From: Thermoanaerobaculia bacterium
Lineage (GTDB): Bacteria; Acidobacteriota; Thermoanaerobaculia; UBA5066; Gp7-AA6
Direction: 5' to 3'
DNA length: 64,000 nucleotides
Assembly: GCA_035498405.1 (NCBI GenBank)
Contig: DATKAE010000011.1
Span: forward strand, 226-64,225
In this document: in pieces, positions 9,650-20,507 of the stretch
How positions within the stretch are numbered: the first letter of the stretch is position 1
Layout of the letters: each line of letters begins with the position of its first letter
Translations under genes and position numbers: made by a program
Notes under the pieces: model-generated
Seen by the model: the letters and a program-made list of their open reading frames with translations, nothing else
What the model was told of the DNA's origin: nothing
The model's database searches: none

Positions 9650-11014
9650 CTAGCCGTCCGCCTCCTTCGAGATCCGGTGGTGCTCGATCTTCTTGTAGAG
9701 GTTCGAGCGGGGCGTCTGGATCACTTCGGCGGTGCGGCTGATGTTCCATGCGTTCTCGCGCAGCTTGGCGACCAGGAATTGCCGCTCCGCGAACTCCTTG
9801 AACTCCGAGAGGGTCTCGAGCGTCGCGCTCTTCTCCGAGATCTCCGCCGGCGACACCCGGGCCTCCGGCGGAAGGTCGGCGGCCTCGATCGGATCGGCGT
9901 CGGTCATGATCAGGACCCGCTCGAGCAGATTGCGCAGCTCCCGCACGTTTCCGGGCCAGGAGCGCGCCTGCAGGACGCCGAGCGCGCTCGAGCCGAAACG
10001 GCGCGGCCGACGGTGGTCCCGTTCCGAGAAGAGACGAGTGAAGTGCTCGACCAGCTCGGGAATGTCTTCGGTCCGCTCACGCAGCGGCGGGGTCCGTACG
10101 GGCACGACGTTCAACCGAAAGTAGAGGTCCTCGCGGAAACGCCCGTCCCGGATCCAGGCGGTCAAGTCACGGTTGGTCGCCGCCAGCACCCGCACGTTGA
10201 CCTGCCGCACCCGCGCGGCGCCCACCGGCTCGACCTCTCCGGCCTCGAGCACGCGCAGCACCTTGGCCTGCGCCCGCGCCGACATGTCGCCGATCTCGTC
10301 CAAGAAGATCGTGCCGCCGTCGGCCTCGACGAACTTGCCCACCTGCCGCCGGACGGCCCCGGTGAAGGAGCCCTTCTCGTGCCCGAAGAGCTCCGACTCG
10401 ATCAGCTCCTCGGGAATCGCCGCACAGTTGACCTGGATGAAGGGACCGGCGGAAACGCGGGAGCTGCGATGAATCTCGCGGGCCACGAGCTCCTTGCCCG
10501 TGCCGCTCTCCCCCTGAATGAGGACCGTTGCGCCGGTCGGTGCGGCTCGCGCGATTTGCTCGCGCAGCCCCCGCATGGGGGCGCTCGTGCCCACCAGCAC
10601 GGAGTCGTCGGCGAGCCGCCGGCGGAGCCGCTCGTTCTCGGCCGCGAGCGATTCCCGGGAAAGAGCATTGGCGAGCGAAACGAGGATGCGCTCGCGCCGC
10701 GGCGGCTTCTCGAGGAAGTCGACCGCGCCGCGCCGGGTGCACTCGACCGCCGTGGCGATGTCACCGTGTCCGGAGATCATCAGGACCGGGGGCGCGCCCT
10801 GCCGGGCCATGATGCGATCGAGAACCTCGAGACCGTCCATGCCCGGCATCTTGATGTCCAGCAGGACTGCGCCGGGTGGATTCACTTCGAGCTCCGCCAA
10901 GGCCTGCTCCCCGTCGGCCGCGGCCGACACCGCGTAGCCCTCGTACTCGAGGATCATCCGAAGGGCGTCGCGGATGCCCGGATCGTCGTCGACCACCAGA
11001 ATGCGTTGGGCCAT
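9650..11014 (-). CDS. sigma-54-dependent response regulator (NtrC family)
   Basis: Trimmed to MAQRILVVDDDPGIRDAL (receiver domain). AAA+ core (GESGTGKELVAREIH, GSFTGA, FLDEIGDM) and a Fis-type HTH at the C-terminus. Confidence 0.9.
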   Translation of the reverse strand: MAQRILVVDDDPGIRDALRMILEYEGYAVSAAADGEQALAELEVNPPGAVLLDIKMPGMDGLEVLDRIMARQGAPPVLMISGHGDIATAVECTRRGAVDFLEKPPRRERILVSLANALSRESLAAENERLRRRLADDSVLVGTSAPMRGLREQIARAAPTGATVLIQGESGTGKELVAREIHRSSRVSAGPFIQVNCAAIPEELIESELFGHEKGSFTGAVRRQVGKFVEADGGTIFLDEIGDMSARAQAKVLRVLEAGEVEPVGAARVRQVNVRVLAATNRDLTAWIRDGRFREDLYFRLNVVPVRTPPLRERTEDIPELVEHFTRLFSERDHRRPRRFGSSALGVLQARSWPGNVRELRNLLERVLIMTDADPIEAADLPPEARVSPAEISEKSATLETLSEFKEFAERQFLVAKLRENAWNISRTAEVIQTPRSNLYKKIEHHRISKEADG

Positions 11015-11162
11015 ATCTGCGCCGCACTCCCCCGTTTGACGTTCAGAATTCCGCATCGGAGAGGTCAATTCCAATTTTGACTCCCGAGATGCCATTTCGC
11101 GCCCCGAAAACGAACGCGCCCGCCGCGAGGCGGGCGCAGGAAAGCCGCTCCCGGCCGACCGG

Positions 11163-12683
11163 CTATTCGATCTTGACCAGCGCGAAGAAGGAGATCTTGG
11201 CCTGCGGACGGAAGACGTACAGCCGCAGGTAATCCCCCTTCTTGGCGATCTTGACCAGGCGGCCGAACTCCTCGGTCGAGGTCACGGCCTGGCCGTTGAC
11301 CTGGGTGATGATGTCCCCGTCGGCCAGACCCGCGTCGGCCGCGGGCGAAACTTCCTTGACGTGCACCACGAACAGCCCCTGGGTCGAGGCGTCGAGCCCG
11401 GCCATCTGGCGGACCTGGGGCGTCACCTCCTGGACCGACACGCCAATCTTGCCCCGCGAGTCTTCGGAGCTCGCGCGACCCTTCTCGTCATCGCTCGATC
11501 CTTCGGCGCCGCGCTCGGCTAACGTCGCGGTGACATTCATTTCCTTGCCGTCGCGGATCAGCTCGAGCTTCACCTTGCTGCCCGGCGGACGCGCGGAGAC
11601 GTAGCCGATCAGGTCGCGGATGTCCTTGACCTGCGTGTTGTCGACTTTCACGATCGTGTCGCCCGGCTTGATCCCCGACTTGTCCGCCGGCTCTCCGGGT
11701 AGCACGGACTGAACGAAGGCTCCATCCTGCGACTTCAAATTGAAGGCCGCGGCCTTGTCGCCGTCCACGTTCCCGATGTTGATGCCGAGGTACCCCCGAA
11801 CGACCTTCCCGCGCTCCCGCAGCTGCGGCAGGATGCTCTTCAGGGTGTTGACCGGCACCGCGAAGCCGATGTTCTGCGCGGGCCGGTACATGGCCGTGTT
11901 GATGCCGATGACCTCGCCCCGGACGTTGATCAGCGGCCCTCCGGAGTTCCCGAAGTTGATCGCGGCGTCGGTCTGGATGAAGTTCTCGAAGGAGCGGGAG
12001 GCCGAGTCCGCGGTCAGGCCGGAGCGGTCCTTGGCCGAAACCACACCGACGGTGACCGTCTTGTCGAAGTTCAGGGGATCGCCGATCGCCATCACCCACT
12101 CGCCCACCTTCAGACGGTCGGAGTCGCCGAGCGGCAGTGGCGTCAGCTTCTTCTTGCTGTCGATCTTGATTAGGGCCAGATCCGTGGCCGCATCCCGTCC
12201 CATGACCTTGGCGGTGTAGCGGTCCTTGCCGATCCGGACCTCGATCTTGTCGGCGCCGTCGATCACGTGATTGTTCGTGACGAGCTCGCCGTCGTCGGAG
12301 ATCACGAAGCCGGTGCCGCCCTGCATCTCCTTGTGCTCTTCCTCATCCCGCGGCTGGCCGCGCCGCGGAGCGCCCGGCTGCCCGAAGAAAAACTCGAAGG
12401 GATCGCCGCCGCCCTCGCCGCCGAAGGGGTTCATTCGGTAGCGGCCCGACGAGCCCTTGACGATGTCGGTGGAGGTGATGGAAACGACGGAAGGCATCGC
12501 CTCTTCGGCGATGTCGGCGAAGGACGGAGCGGACAGGCCGCTCGACCGGGCCGGCGCCGACGACTCGCGCTGCGCCTCCGACTTGGGCGTCAGATCGACT
12601 GAACCCGCCACCACCATCCCGAAGGCAACCGCCGCCGCGATCAAGACCGAGAAGGAAAGCGCGCGCTTGGTGGACTTCTGCAT
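11163..12683 (-). CDS. periplasmic serine endoprotease, HtrA/DegP/DegQ family, two PDZ domains
   Basis: Signal/TM segment at MQKSTKRALSFSVLIAAAVAFG, TNNHV and GNSGGPL catalytic motifs, and two PDZ-like segments. Confidence 0.9.
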   Translation of the reverse strand: MQKSTKRALSFSVLIAAAVAFGMVVAGSVDLTPKSEAQRESSAPARSSGLSAPSFADIAEEAMPSVVSITSTDIVKGSSGRYRMNPFGGEGGGDPFEFFFGQPGAPRRGQPRDEEEHKEMQGGTGFVISDDGELVTNNHVIDGADKIEVRIGKDRYTAKVMGRDAATDLALIKIDSKKKLTPLPLGDSDRLKVGEWVMAIGDPLNFDKTVTVGVVSAKDRSGLTADSASRSFENFIQTDAAINFGNSGGPLINVRGEVIGINTAMYRPAQNIGFAVPVNTLKSILPQLRERGKVVRGYLGINIGNVDGDKAAAFNLKSQDGAFVQSVLPGEPADKSGIKPGDTIVKVDNTQVKDIRDLIGYVSARPPGSKVKLELIRDGKEMNVTATLAERGAEGSSDDEKGRASSEDSRGKIGVSVQEVTPQVRQMAGLDASTQGLFVVHVKEVSPAADAGLADGDIITQVNGQAVTSTEEFGRLVKIAKKGDYLRLYVFRPQAKISFFALVKIE

Positions 12684-12725
12684 GGATCTTCTTGCTCCTC
12701 TATGGCCGGGCATGCCCGGACAGGA

Positions 12726-13175
12726 CTAGGGAACGCCGGGCGCGCCCGGCGAATTCCTCCGGGGCGGCAGATTGAGGCGGCGGTGCTCCACCAGGATGCA
12801 GCGATCCATGGCGACCGAGATGCCGGCCTCCTCCAGGCGCCGCGCCGACTCGGGATCCACGACCCCCTGCTGCATGAAGAAAAACGAGACACCCCTGGCG
12901 ATGGCCTGCGTCGCCACCGGCGAGACCTCCTCGGAACGGCGGAAGACGTTGACGATGTCGATCGAGACTTCGGGCGGCACCTCCGCCAGGCTCGGATGGC
13001 ACCTCGCCCCCAGGATCTCGCGATGCCCGGGGTTGACGGGCACGACCCGGTACCCCGCTTCCTGCAGGTACTGGGCAATCGCATGGGACGGACGGTCGGG
13101 ATTCGGGGAGCAGCCGACGACCGCGATCGTCTGCGCCTGCTCGAGGGCTCGACGGATCTGCCCCGGGTCGTTCAA
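12726..13175 (-). CDS. CoA-binding domain protein (YccU-like)
   Basis: TIAVVGCSPNPDRPSHAIAQYLQEAGYRVVPVNP motif. Trimmed to a TTG that overlaps the upstream stop (TTGA). Confidence 0.7.
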   Translation of the reverse strand: MNDPGQIRRALEQAQTIAVVGCSPNPDRPSHAIAQYLQEAGYRVVPVNPGHREILGARCHPSLAEVPPEVSIDIVNVFRRSEEVSPVATQAIARGVSFFFMQQGVVDPESARRLEEAGISVAMDRCILVEHRRLNLPPRRNSPGAPGVP

Positions 13176-14869
13176 TTCTCGCTCCCGCCACCCGCATCTC
13201 CAGGACGAATGTTGTAGAAGAAGGTTACGGTGATGCCTTCCCGGTCCTTGCCCGGAACCTGGGCCAGGAGGTCCTTGGGGAGCGGCCGGAAGGGATCCGA
13301 GGTCAGGATCGCTTGCATCGCCGCGTTGTCGAAGGGGGGCACCCCCGAGTGCGAAAGGAACGTCGCTCCTTCGACACTTCCGTTGGCCAGGATGTAGAAG
13401 CGGACCGTGAGCTTTCCCTTCCATCCCAGCCGTGCCAGGGACGGAACCTCCCAGTGCAGCTTGATGCGGCGGATCATCTCGGCCGCGTAGGGACCCCAGT
13501 CGTACCAGCTCGTATCGAAGGACAGCGGGCCCTCGTCGACGAAGCCGCCATCCAGATTCGGAGTGCCTGCCCCGTTCTCCCCGCGAGCACCCACGCCCTC
13601 GGCCGCTGCCTTGATGGCGTCCTGGAGGCCCGCGAGGCGCTCGGTAGGTTTCGCCCCGGCCGCTTGCCCCGTTGCAGAAGGCTCGCCCTTGGGGACCACG
13701 AACGACCCGTCCTCCGGCTTCATCACCGCCTCGCCGGCTTTGGGACCCGGCTTCTCCGGTCCCTTCTCCGCCTGTGCCTTGACCGCCGGCCTCGGTGGAA
13801 CGCGCGGCGCCCCGCCACGGGGGGTCCCGGGAGCCAGCCCTTCCTTTCCGGGGCGCTCCGGAACGAACGGCGACTCGGCACGCGGTCTGTTGCGATCGCC
13901 GCCTCCGGCGCGTCGATCCGCGTCGGAGGGGGCGGACTTCTTCGGATTCTCGCGCGCGGGGCCGGGTGCCTCCTTGAAGATGATCGGGACCTTCTCCTCC
14001 TCGGTCTTTTCCGGGGGAACGAAAGCCGCCAGCAATCCCTTGCGCGGGTCGTGAACGATGGAAGGGGCAGAGAGGAGCAGCAGCAGAAGGAGGGCGTGAG
14101 CGAGGAGCGAGGCGAGCACGGCCCGCTCGACCGGGAATGCCGGCTCGGAGCGGTGCTCGACGTCTCGCTCGAATTCCGGAACCTCGATCTCAGGAGACTC
14201 GACGATCTCCAGTTGCCTGGCCGTGGCGGTCGAGGCGTAGGGCATGGCCTCCAGGCCGAAGAAGGACCGGCTGCTAACCTCGCCCGGTGAAGTGCCTGGC
14301 GACCCGGTGGGCGGCAGCCCGCCGAGCCCGAAGAAGGAGGGGCTCGTCGGCTCGGCCGGGATACCCGGACGGGCCGGTCGGGCCGGTCGGGCCGGTCGCC
14401 GGATCGGGGGCAGCGAGGAAGGCTCTATTCCCCCAAGGCCGAGAATCGAAGCGTTCGGAGGCTCGCCTTCCGTCCCCGGCGCTATCGCCTTCCAGGCAAA
14501 TGGTGCCGCTCGAGTTGCCTGCAAGCCGAGCAACGATGCCGAGGGGGGAGCCGCGTCCGTGCCCGGAACAGGTTCCCCGCGCCGCAGGGGAGAAACGGCG
14601 ATACCCTCGAGGCCCAGCAGCGAGCGGCTTGGGCGCTCGCCATTGGTGCCTGATGCGGGGGCCGCGATTCGAAAGGGAGTGGGCTCGATCCGTCCGAGCC
14701 CCAGAATCGATCGGGTCGGCGGCTCGCCCTCGTCCTCTTGGTCTCGCCCGCGATCAAACAAGTAGTTCTCCGCCTTGGGGACCCCGTCCCTCACTCCGTA
14801 ACGCTCGCCTGCACCGTCCGATTTCGACTCGGGCCTCTTTTTTCGCCGCCCGAAACGCAGAAGCTCCAT
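13172..14869 (-). CDS. TonB C-terminal-domain protein with a repetitive N-terminal region
   Basis: One TM (LASLLAHALLLLLLLSAP), a Pro-rich linker and a TonB_C-like end (GKLTVRFYILANGSVEGATFLSHSGVPPFDNAAMQAI). The N-terminus carries six S-[ILF]-[LF]-G-L repeats. Confidence 0.75.
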   Translation of the reverse strand: MELLRFGRRKKRPESKSDGAGERYGVRDGVPKAENYLFDRGRDQEDEGEPPTRSILGLGRIEPTPFRIAAPASGTNGERPSRSLLGLEGIAVSPLRRGEPVPGTDAAPPSASLLGLQATRAAPFAWKAIAPGTEGEPPNASILGLGGIEPSSLPPIRRPARPARPARPGIPAEPTSPSFFGLGGLPPTGSPGTSPGEVSSRSFFGLEAMPYASTATARQLEIVESPEIEVPEFERDVEHRSEPAFPVERAVLASLLAHALLLLLLLSAPSIVHDPRKGLLAAFVPPEKTEEEKVPIIFKEAPGPARENPKKSAPSDADRRAGGGDRNRPRAESPFVPERPGKEGLAPGTPRGGAPRVPPRPAVKAQAEKGPEKPGPKAGEAVMKPEDGSFVVPKGEPSATGQAAGAKPTERLAGLQDAIKAAAEGVGARGENGAGTPNLDGGFVDEGPLSFDTSWYDWGPYAAEMIRRIKLHWEVPSLARLGWKGKLTVRFYILANGSVEGATFLSHSGVPPFDNAAMQAILTSDPFRPLPKDLLAQVPGKDREGITVTFFYNIRPGDAGGGSEN

Positions 14870-14969
14870 GGAGCGAGCGCTTTGCGCCTGTCGGCGCCAG
14901 GACTTCGTTGCCTAAACCTCGCGGATTCTGATAGAAGAGCCTTGCTTTCGGCTTCTGGAGGAAAAGGAA

Positions 14970-14994
14970 GCGGGCCCTGGCCCGCTTTTTTGTT
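14970..14994 (+). terminator. intrinsic-terminator-like hairpin + T-run immediately upstream of the rimP start
   Basis: GCGGGC cctg GCCCGC followed by TTTTTTGTT. The hairpin ends 3 nt before the rimP ATG (14997). Confidence 0.5.
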
Positions 14995-14996
14995 CG

Positions 14997-15530
14997 ATGC
15001 TCCGATTGAGCGAGGAAACGCTGAACGAGATCCGGGCGATCGCCGCGGAAAGAGGGTGCCGGCTGTTGGCCGTCGAGTCGGCCGGGGCAGGGAAGTTCTC
15101 CGTGCTCCGGCTCGTGCTGGAGCGTCAAGACGGGTCCCCGGTCTCCATCGAAGAATGCGAGGCGGTCTCCCGAGAAGTCTCTCCCCTGCTCGACGTTTCC
15201 AACGAAATCGCCCACCGTTATACCCTCGAAGTCTCCTCGCCGGGACTCGACCGCAAGCTCTACTCCCTCGAGGACGCCACCCGCTTCCTCGGGCGGCGGG
15301 TTCGCGTTCAAACCGAGGCACCCGTCGTGCCCGAAGCCGCCGGGCCTTCGAAGGCGCCGCCGTCGCCGGCCCGAAACTTCCGGGGAGTCCTCCGTTCGGT
15401 CGACGGAGACGTCCTCACCGTCGTTGATGAGGAGAATCGCAAAATCTATAATGTCCGTTTTGGCGAAATTCGGCTCGCCCGTCTCGACTTTGAATGGCCG
15501 AACGGGGGTAGGAGAGCTTTTCCAAGATGA
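14997..15530 (+). CDS. rimP: ribosome maturation factor RimP
   Basis: 177 aa; YTLEVSSPGLDRKL motif; position upstream of nusA. Confidence 0.9.
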   Translation: MLRLSEETLNEIRAIAAERGCRLLAVESAGAGKFSVLRLVLERQDGSPVSIEECEAVSREVSPLLDVSNEIAHRYTLEVSSPGLDRKLYSLEDATRFLGRRVRVQTEAPVVPEAAGPSKAPPSPARNFRGVLRSVDGDVLTVVDEENRKIYNVRFGEIRLARLDFEWPNGGRRAFPR

Positions 15531-16963
15531 TCATCGATCCGTCGGTCATTCGACAGGTTTCGCGCGAAAAGGACATCGATCCGGAGAAGATGTTCGGCGC
15601 GCTCGAGGAAGCCATGTCCTCTGCCGCGCGGAAATACTACCGGGACAAGGCCGTCGTGACCTCCATCGACCGCAAGACGGGGGAGATGACCGTCACCTCC
15701 CGCCGCACGGTCGTCGCCGAGCTCGACACGGAATCGGAAGAACCGCCGCCGCAGATCCTGCTCGAGGAGGCCCGGGAGCTCGTGGAGAAGCACGGAACGC
15801 GCGGCGAGGTTCGCGTCCTGCGGCCGGGTCCCGAGGGAGAGCCGCCCGTCGAGGTCTCCGACGTGGCTCTGGGAGACGAGATCCGGCAGCACCGCGAGCC
15901 CGTCGGGCTCGGCCGGATTGCGGCCCAGACCGCCAAGCAAGTGCTCTACCAGAAGGTCCGGGAGGCGGAGCGGGACAACATCTACAACGAGTTCTTCCCG
16001 AAGGTGGGAGAACTGATGAGCGGCACGGTCAAGCGCTTCGAGCGGGGCGACATGGTCGTCGATCTCGGACGCACCGAGGCGGTGATCCCGCGCGATCAGC
16101 AGTCGCGCATGGAGCGCTATGGCCAGGGAGAGCGGATTCGCGCGGTTCTCCACGACGTGCACCGCAATCCGAAGGGACCCCAGCTCATCCTGTCGCGGAC
16201 GGATCCCCGCCTGCTGATCCGGCTGTTCGAGATGGAGGTCCCGGAAATCTACGACGGCACCGTCGTCATCAAGGGAGCGGTCCGGCAGCCGGGCGAGCGC
16301 GCCAAGATCGCCGTCCGCTCGCGGGAGCGAGACGTGGACCCGGTGGGCGCCTGTGTCGGCATGCGCGGCAGCCGCGTGCAGTCGATCATGCGGGAGCTCC
16401 ATGGCGAGAAGATCGACGTCATCCTCTACTCGGACGACCTGATCACGTTCGCGCAGAACGCGCTCGCCCCCGCCAAGATCACGCGCGTCTCGCCGATCCA
16501 TCACGAGGACGGGACGATGAGCCTCGATTGCGTCGTCGAAGACGACCAGCTCTCGCTCGCGATCGGGAAGAAGGGCCAAAACGTGCGGCTCGCCTCCGCG
16601 CTGATCGGCATGAAGATCGAGATCAAGGGCGAATCGGAGGTCAAGGGCGAAGTCGCCGAGGCTCTCTCTCGCATGCTTCAGGCCTCGCGCCGGCGCCAGA
16701 CTCCGGTCGCTGAAATCCCCGGCGTGGGCGAAAAGACGGCCGAGAAGCTCGCCGAAGCAGGCATCGCGACCCTCGGGGCGCTGCTCGAAAAGACCGCCGA
16801 GGAGCTGGCCGAGATCCCCGGTATCGGCGACAAATCGGCCGAAAAGATCCTGGAAGCGGCGCGCGCTGCCGATCAGGCAGCGGCCGAAGAGCCCGGCGAC
16901 ACGGAAGCCGCCGAAGACGAACAGAAGTCGGAAACGCCCGAAGAGACGACGGTCACGGAGTAG
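15527..16963 (+). CDS. nusA: transcription termination/antitermination factor NusA
   Basis: S1 and KH domains ([29 protein letters not shown]) and C-terminal HhH repeats. Confidence 0.95.
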   Translation: MIIDPSVIRQVSREKDIDPEKMFGALEEAMSSAARKYYRDKAVVTSIDRKTGEMTVTSRRTVVAELDTESEEPPPQILLEEARELVEKHGTRGEVRVLRPGPEGEPPVEVSDVALGDEIRQHREPVGLGRIAAQTAKQVLYQKVREAERDNIYNEFFPKVGELMSGTVKRFERGDMVVDLGRTEAVIPRDQQSRMERYGQGERIRAVLHDVHRNPKGPQLILSRTDPRLLIRLFEMEVPEIYDGTVVIKGAVRQPGERAKIAVRSRERDVDPVGACVGMRGSRVQSIMRELHGEKIDVILYSDDLITFAQNALAPAKITRVSPIHHEDGTMSLDCVVEDDQLSLAIGKKGQNVRLASALIGMKIEIKGESEVKGEVAEALSRMLQASRRRQTPVAEIPGVGEKTAEKLAEAGIATLGALLEKTAEELAEIPGIGDKSAEKILEAARAADQAAAEEPGDTEAAEDEQKSETPEETTVTE

Positions 16964-16972
16964 CCCAACGGT

Positions 16973-19747
16973 ATGGGAAAGATTCGCGTCGAAGAGCTCG
17001 CAGCCCAAATGGGAATCGGCAGCAAAGAGGTCCTCTTTCTGCTCCAGTCGATCGGCGTCGATGTTCAGTCGCCCCAGGCCGCCCTGGACGAGTCGACGGT
17101 CCTGGCGATCCTGCAGGGAAAGACGCACGCACCCAAGCAGCTGATCGTGCGCGATCCGGAGGCCAAGACCTTCCGGCCGCAGAAGAGCGCGCTCTCGCGA
17201 ATCAAGATCGTGGAAAAGACCGCGGCGGCGCCCGGCGCAAAGCCCGGCGCTGGAGAGACGGAGGAGGTTCCCCACGCTGCCGAGGCCCGGCCGAAAACGG
17301 CGGCCGCCGCCGAACCGGCGCGGACGGCGGTCCTTCCGCCCGAGCCGGAGCCGGAGGCCGTCAAGCCGCCACCGCCGCCGCCCCGGAAGATCGTTCTTCC
17401 GCCGCGGCCCACACCGATTCCCTCGGGGCCGCGCGCGACCGCCGGCCCCGCCGCCGGGGCTCCTCGTCGCGAGACGGCGCGTCCCGCCGGACCCGCCCGG
17501 CCGATGGGACCGAGCGGCCCCGCCCTCCGGCAAACCGGACCTTCCGTCTATCGTCCCGCGCCGGGAGCGCCCTCCCGGCCCACGGGTCCGCGTCCCGGCG
17601 GCCCGTTGCGGCCGGGTGCCCCGATGGGACGCCCGGGAGGCCCTCCCGTTGGGCGCGCGGCCCCGCCGGCGGTATCCGACCGCCCCTCCACCAAGCGCAA
17701 GAAAGAAGAGAAGGAGGAGGCGAAGAAACCCGCCAAGAAGGGCGGCGCCAAGCCCAAGATCACCGTCGCCGACGAAGTCGATCTGCGGGAGTTCGTGGGC
17801 GCGTTCGAAGAGGACACGTACTCCGACATTACGCTGCCTCTGATCGAAAAGACCGCGGAGACCGAGGAGGCCCCCGCCGAGCCTCGGCCCCTCTCCAAGT
17901 CGGCCATGCGCCGCGCCTCCAAGGAGACCCGCACTCACGACTCGGGCAAGTTGCTCGAGTTCAAGAAGCCGCTGCCCACCGGGCCTGTCTTCCTTTCCGA
18001 GGGTGTCACCGTCAAGGAGCTCTCCGAAAAGCTGGGTGTGCTGGCCAAGGACATCGTCCGGCTGCTGCTGCAGCGCGGGATCATGGCGACCATCAACCAG
18101 CCGCTCGACGCGGCGACCGCGATCCAGATCGCCAAGGAGGTCGGTGTCGAGGCCGCCGTCGTCTCCTTCGAAGAGGAGATGGAGCTCTCCCGTCTGCCGG
18201 CCGGCGAGGAGACTCCGGAAGCGGCGGACCGAAAGGCGCGAGCGCCGGTCGTCACGGTCATGGGCCATGTCGACCACGGCAAGACATCGCTTCTGGACGC
18301 CATCCGCCAGACCAAGGTCGCGCAAGGCGAGGCCGGCGGCATCACGCAGCACATCGGCGCTTACCGCGTCGACGTCCAGGGCCGGCCGATCGTCTTCCTC
18401 GACACGCCGGGTCACGAGGCGTTCACGTCCATGCGCGCCCGCGGGGCCAAGGCCACCGACGTCGTCGTCCTCGTCGTCGCGGCCGATGACGGCGTCATGC
18501 CGCAGACCATCGAGGCCATCGACCACGCCCGCGCCGCCAAGGTGCCGATCGTCGTCGCGATCAACAAGATCGACAAGGGGAACGCCAATCCCGACCGCGT
18601 CAAGAAGGAGCTGGCGGACCGGGGCGTGCTGCTCGAGTCCTGGGGAGGCGACGTGCCCTCCGCGGAGATCTCGGCGCTCAAGAAACAGGGGATCGAGCAC
18701 CTGCTCGAGTTGATCCTGCTCTCCGCCGACCTGCTGGAGCTTTCCGCCCCCGTCGGGGGCGAAGCCAGGGGTGTCGTTCTCGAGGCCCGCCGCGAGGCGG
18801 GGCGCGGCAACGTCGCGACGGTGCTCGTTCAGTCCGGCACGCTGCGCGTCGGGGACGTGTTCTTCGCCGGTTCCGCCTTCGGGCGAGTCCGCTCGATGCA
18901 CGACGACCGGGGTACCAAGCTCGCGGAGGCCGGGCCCGCCACTCCCGTCGAGGTCACGGGCTTCGAGGACCTGCCCCAGGCGGGCGACCCGTTCCAGGTG
19001 TCGAGCGACGAGGCGAAGGCCCGATCGGTCGTCTCCTTCCGGCAGCAACGGGACCGCGACAAGGTCGCGGCCGCCTCGACCAAGCTCTCTCTCGATCAGC
19101 TCTTCAGCAAGATCCAGGAAGGGCGGATCAAGGAGCTTCCGATCATCCTGAAGGCCGACGTGACGGGATCGGTCGAGGTGCTCTCGCAGTCCTTGGAGAA
19201 CCTGTCCAACGAGAAGGTCAAGGTGTCGCTCTTGCACGCCGGTGTCGGCGCCATCAACATCAACGACGTTCTGCTGGCCTCCGCCTCCGGTGCAATCATC
19301 GTCGGCTTCAACGTGAGGCCGGAAAAGAAGGCCGAGGCGGAGGCGGAAAAGCACGGCGTCGAGATCCGCCTGCACACCGTCATCTACAACGTCACCGACG
19401 AGATCAAGGCCGCGATGGAAGGCCTCCTCGAGCCGACGCTGAAGGAAGTCGCCAAGGGTCGGGCCGAAGTGCGCAACACCTTCAAGGTGCCGAAAGTCGG
19501 AGTGGTCGCCGGCTGCTACGTCACCGAGGGCTCGATCGCACGGGGCTCGAACCTGCGCCTGCTGCGGGACAACCGCGTCATCTACGAAGGCAAGATCGGA
19601 TCGCTGCGCCGGTTCAAGGACGACGTCTCCGAGGTTCGGCAGGGCTTCGAGTGCGGCATCGGCCTGGACAAATATCAGGACATCAAGGTGGGAGACGTCA
19701 TCGAGGCCTATCAGGTGGAGAGGGTCGCCGGGGTGATGAACGCCTGA
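16973..19747 (+). CDS. infB: translation initiation factor IF-2
   Basis: 924 aa with a Pro/Ala-rich N-terminal region and a GTPase core ([26 protein letters not shown]). Confidence 0.95.
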   Translation: MGKIRVEELAAQMGIGSKEVLFLLQSIGVDVQSPQAALDESTVLAILQGKTHAPKQLIVRDPEAKTFRPQKSALSRIKIVEKTAAAPGAKPGAGETEEVPHAAEARPKTAAAAEPARTAVLPPEPEPEAVKPPPPPPRKIVLPPRPTPIPSGPRATAGPAAGAPRRETARPAGPARPMGPSGPALRQTGPSVYRPAPGAPSRPTGPRPGGPLRPGAPMGRPGGPPVGRAAPPAVSDRPSTKRKKEEKEEAKKPAKKGGAKPKITVADEVDLREFVGAFEEDTYSDITLPLIEKTAETEEAPAEPRPLSKSAMRRASKETRTHDSGKLLEFKKPLPTGPVFLSEGVTVKELSEKLGVLAKDIVRLLLQRGIMATINQPLDAATAIQIAKEVGVEAAVVSFEEEMELSRLPAGEETPEAADRKARAPVVTVMGHVDHGKTSLLDAIRQTKVAQGEAGGITQHIGAYRVDVQGRPIVFLDTPGHEAFTSMRARGAKATDVVVLVVAADDGVMPQTIEAIDHARAAKVPIVVAINKIDKGNANPDRVKKELADRGVLLESWGGDVPSAEISALKKQGIEHLLELILLSADLLELSAPVGGEARGVVLEARREAGRGNVATVLVQSGTLRVGDVFFAGSAFGRVRSMHDDRGTKLAEAGPATPVEVTGFEDLPQAGDPFQVSSDEAKARSVVSFRQQRDRDKVAAASTKLSLDQLFSKIQEGRIKELPIILKADVTGSVEVLSQSLENLSNEKVKVSLLHAGVGAININDVLLASASGAIIVGFNVRPEKKAEAEAEKHGVEIRLHTVIYNVTDEIKAAMEGLLEPTLKEVAKGRAEVRNTFKVPKVGVVAGCYVTEGSIARGSNLRLLRDNRVIYEGKIGSLRRFKDDVSEVRQGFECGIGLDKYQDIKVGDVIEAYQVERVAGVMNA

Positions 19748-19829
19748 TTGCAGCAGGGCCCAGGGGTTGGGGGCCAGGGGTTAGGTCAGACGAAGCAAAC
19801 GATCCTCGCCCCGGCCTCGAACCGACAAC

Positions 19830-20117
19830 ATGGTCATCGCCTACGCCGTCTTCGACTTGCACCTGCCCGGCTCGCGAGGCCTGAAGGAGAAACGCATGGT
19901 CCTGCGGAGCCTGAAGAGCCGAATCCGCAACGAGTTCGAGGTTTCGGTGGCCGAGGTGGACCAACAGGACATGCTTCAGCGCGCGTCGCTCGCCGTCGCT
20001 GCGGTCGGACCCGACCAGCCGCCGCTCGACGCGCTGCTCCAGAAGATCCTGAGCTTCGTGGAATCGAATCTGGACGGAGAGATTCTCGGGTACGAGAATG
20101 AGTTCATCCATGTCTGA
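19830..20117 (+). CDS. DUF503 (YlxP-like) protein
   Basis: 95 aa; LHLPGSRGLKEKRMVLRSLKSRIRNEF; the usual position between infB and rbfA. Confidence 0.8.
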   Translation: MVIAYAVFDLHLPGSRGLKEKRMVLRSLKSRIRNEFEVSVAEVDQQDMLQRASLAVAAVGPDQPPLDALLQKILSFVESNLDGEILGYENEFIHV

Positions 20118-20132
20118 GATCGAAGGGCGAGG

Positions 20133-20507
20133 ATGAAGGACTCCCGCCGAAGCCAGCGGGTGGCTCTCCTGGTCCGCGAGGAGCTCTCGCGCCTCGTGCT
20201 GACGGAAGCCCACGATCCGGAGCTGCGCCGCGTGACGATCACCGACGTCGAGATGCCGCCGGATCTCCGGTCCGCCCGCGTCTACTACTCCTGTCTCGGG
20301 CAAGAAGCCGAACGTCAGCGCGCCGGGGCCGCCCTCGACCGGGCGGCCGGGTACCTGCGCCGCGAGGTCACGCAGCGCTGCGGTCTTCGCTATGCGCCGG
20401 AGCTGCACTTCCTCTTCGATGCGACCCTCGAGCGCGGCGCGCGGATCGAAGAGCTGCTCGCGCAGGTCCGCGCCACGCCGCCCCCTCCGGGGGAAGACGA
20501 ATCGTGA
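20133..20507 (+). CDS. rbfA: ribosome-binding factor A
   Basis: 124 aa; RVALLVREELSRLV...VTITDVEMPPDLRSARVYY. Confidence 0.9.
   Translation: MKDSRRSQRVALLVREELSRLVLTEAHDPELRRVTITDVEMPPDLRSARVYYSCLGQEAERQRAGAALDRAAGYLRREVTQRCGLRYAPELHFLFDATLERGARIEELLAQVRATPPPPGEDES

Noticed and set aside
15446-19375. 1309-aa minus-strand ORF, and similar giants: 36468-38894 (808 aa), 25876-28557 (893 aa), 22203-24185 (660 aa) and 29837-31612 (591 aa).
   Set aside because: These are Arg/Gly/Asp-rich low-complexity translations lying antisense or out of frame to genes with unmistakable conserved motifs (nusA/infB, the ABC-2 system, metG, pnp). They are typical shadow ORFs of high-GC DNA.
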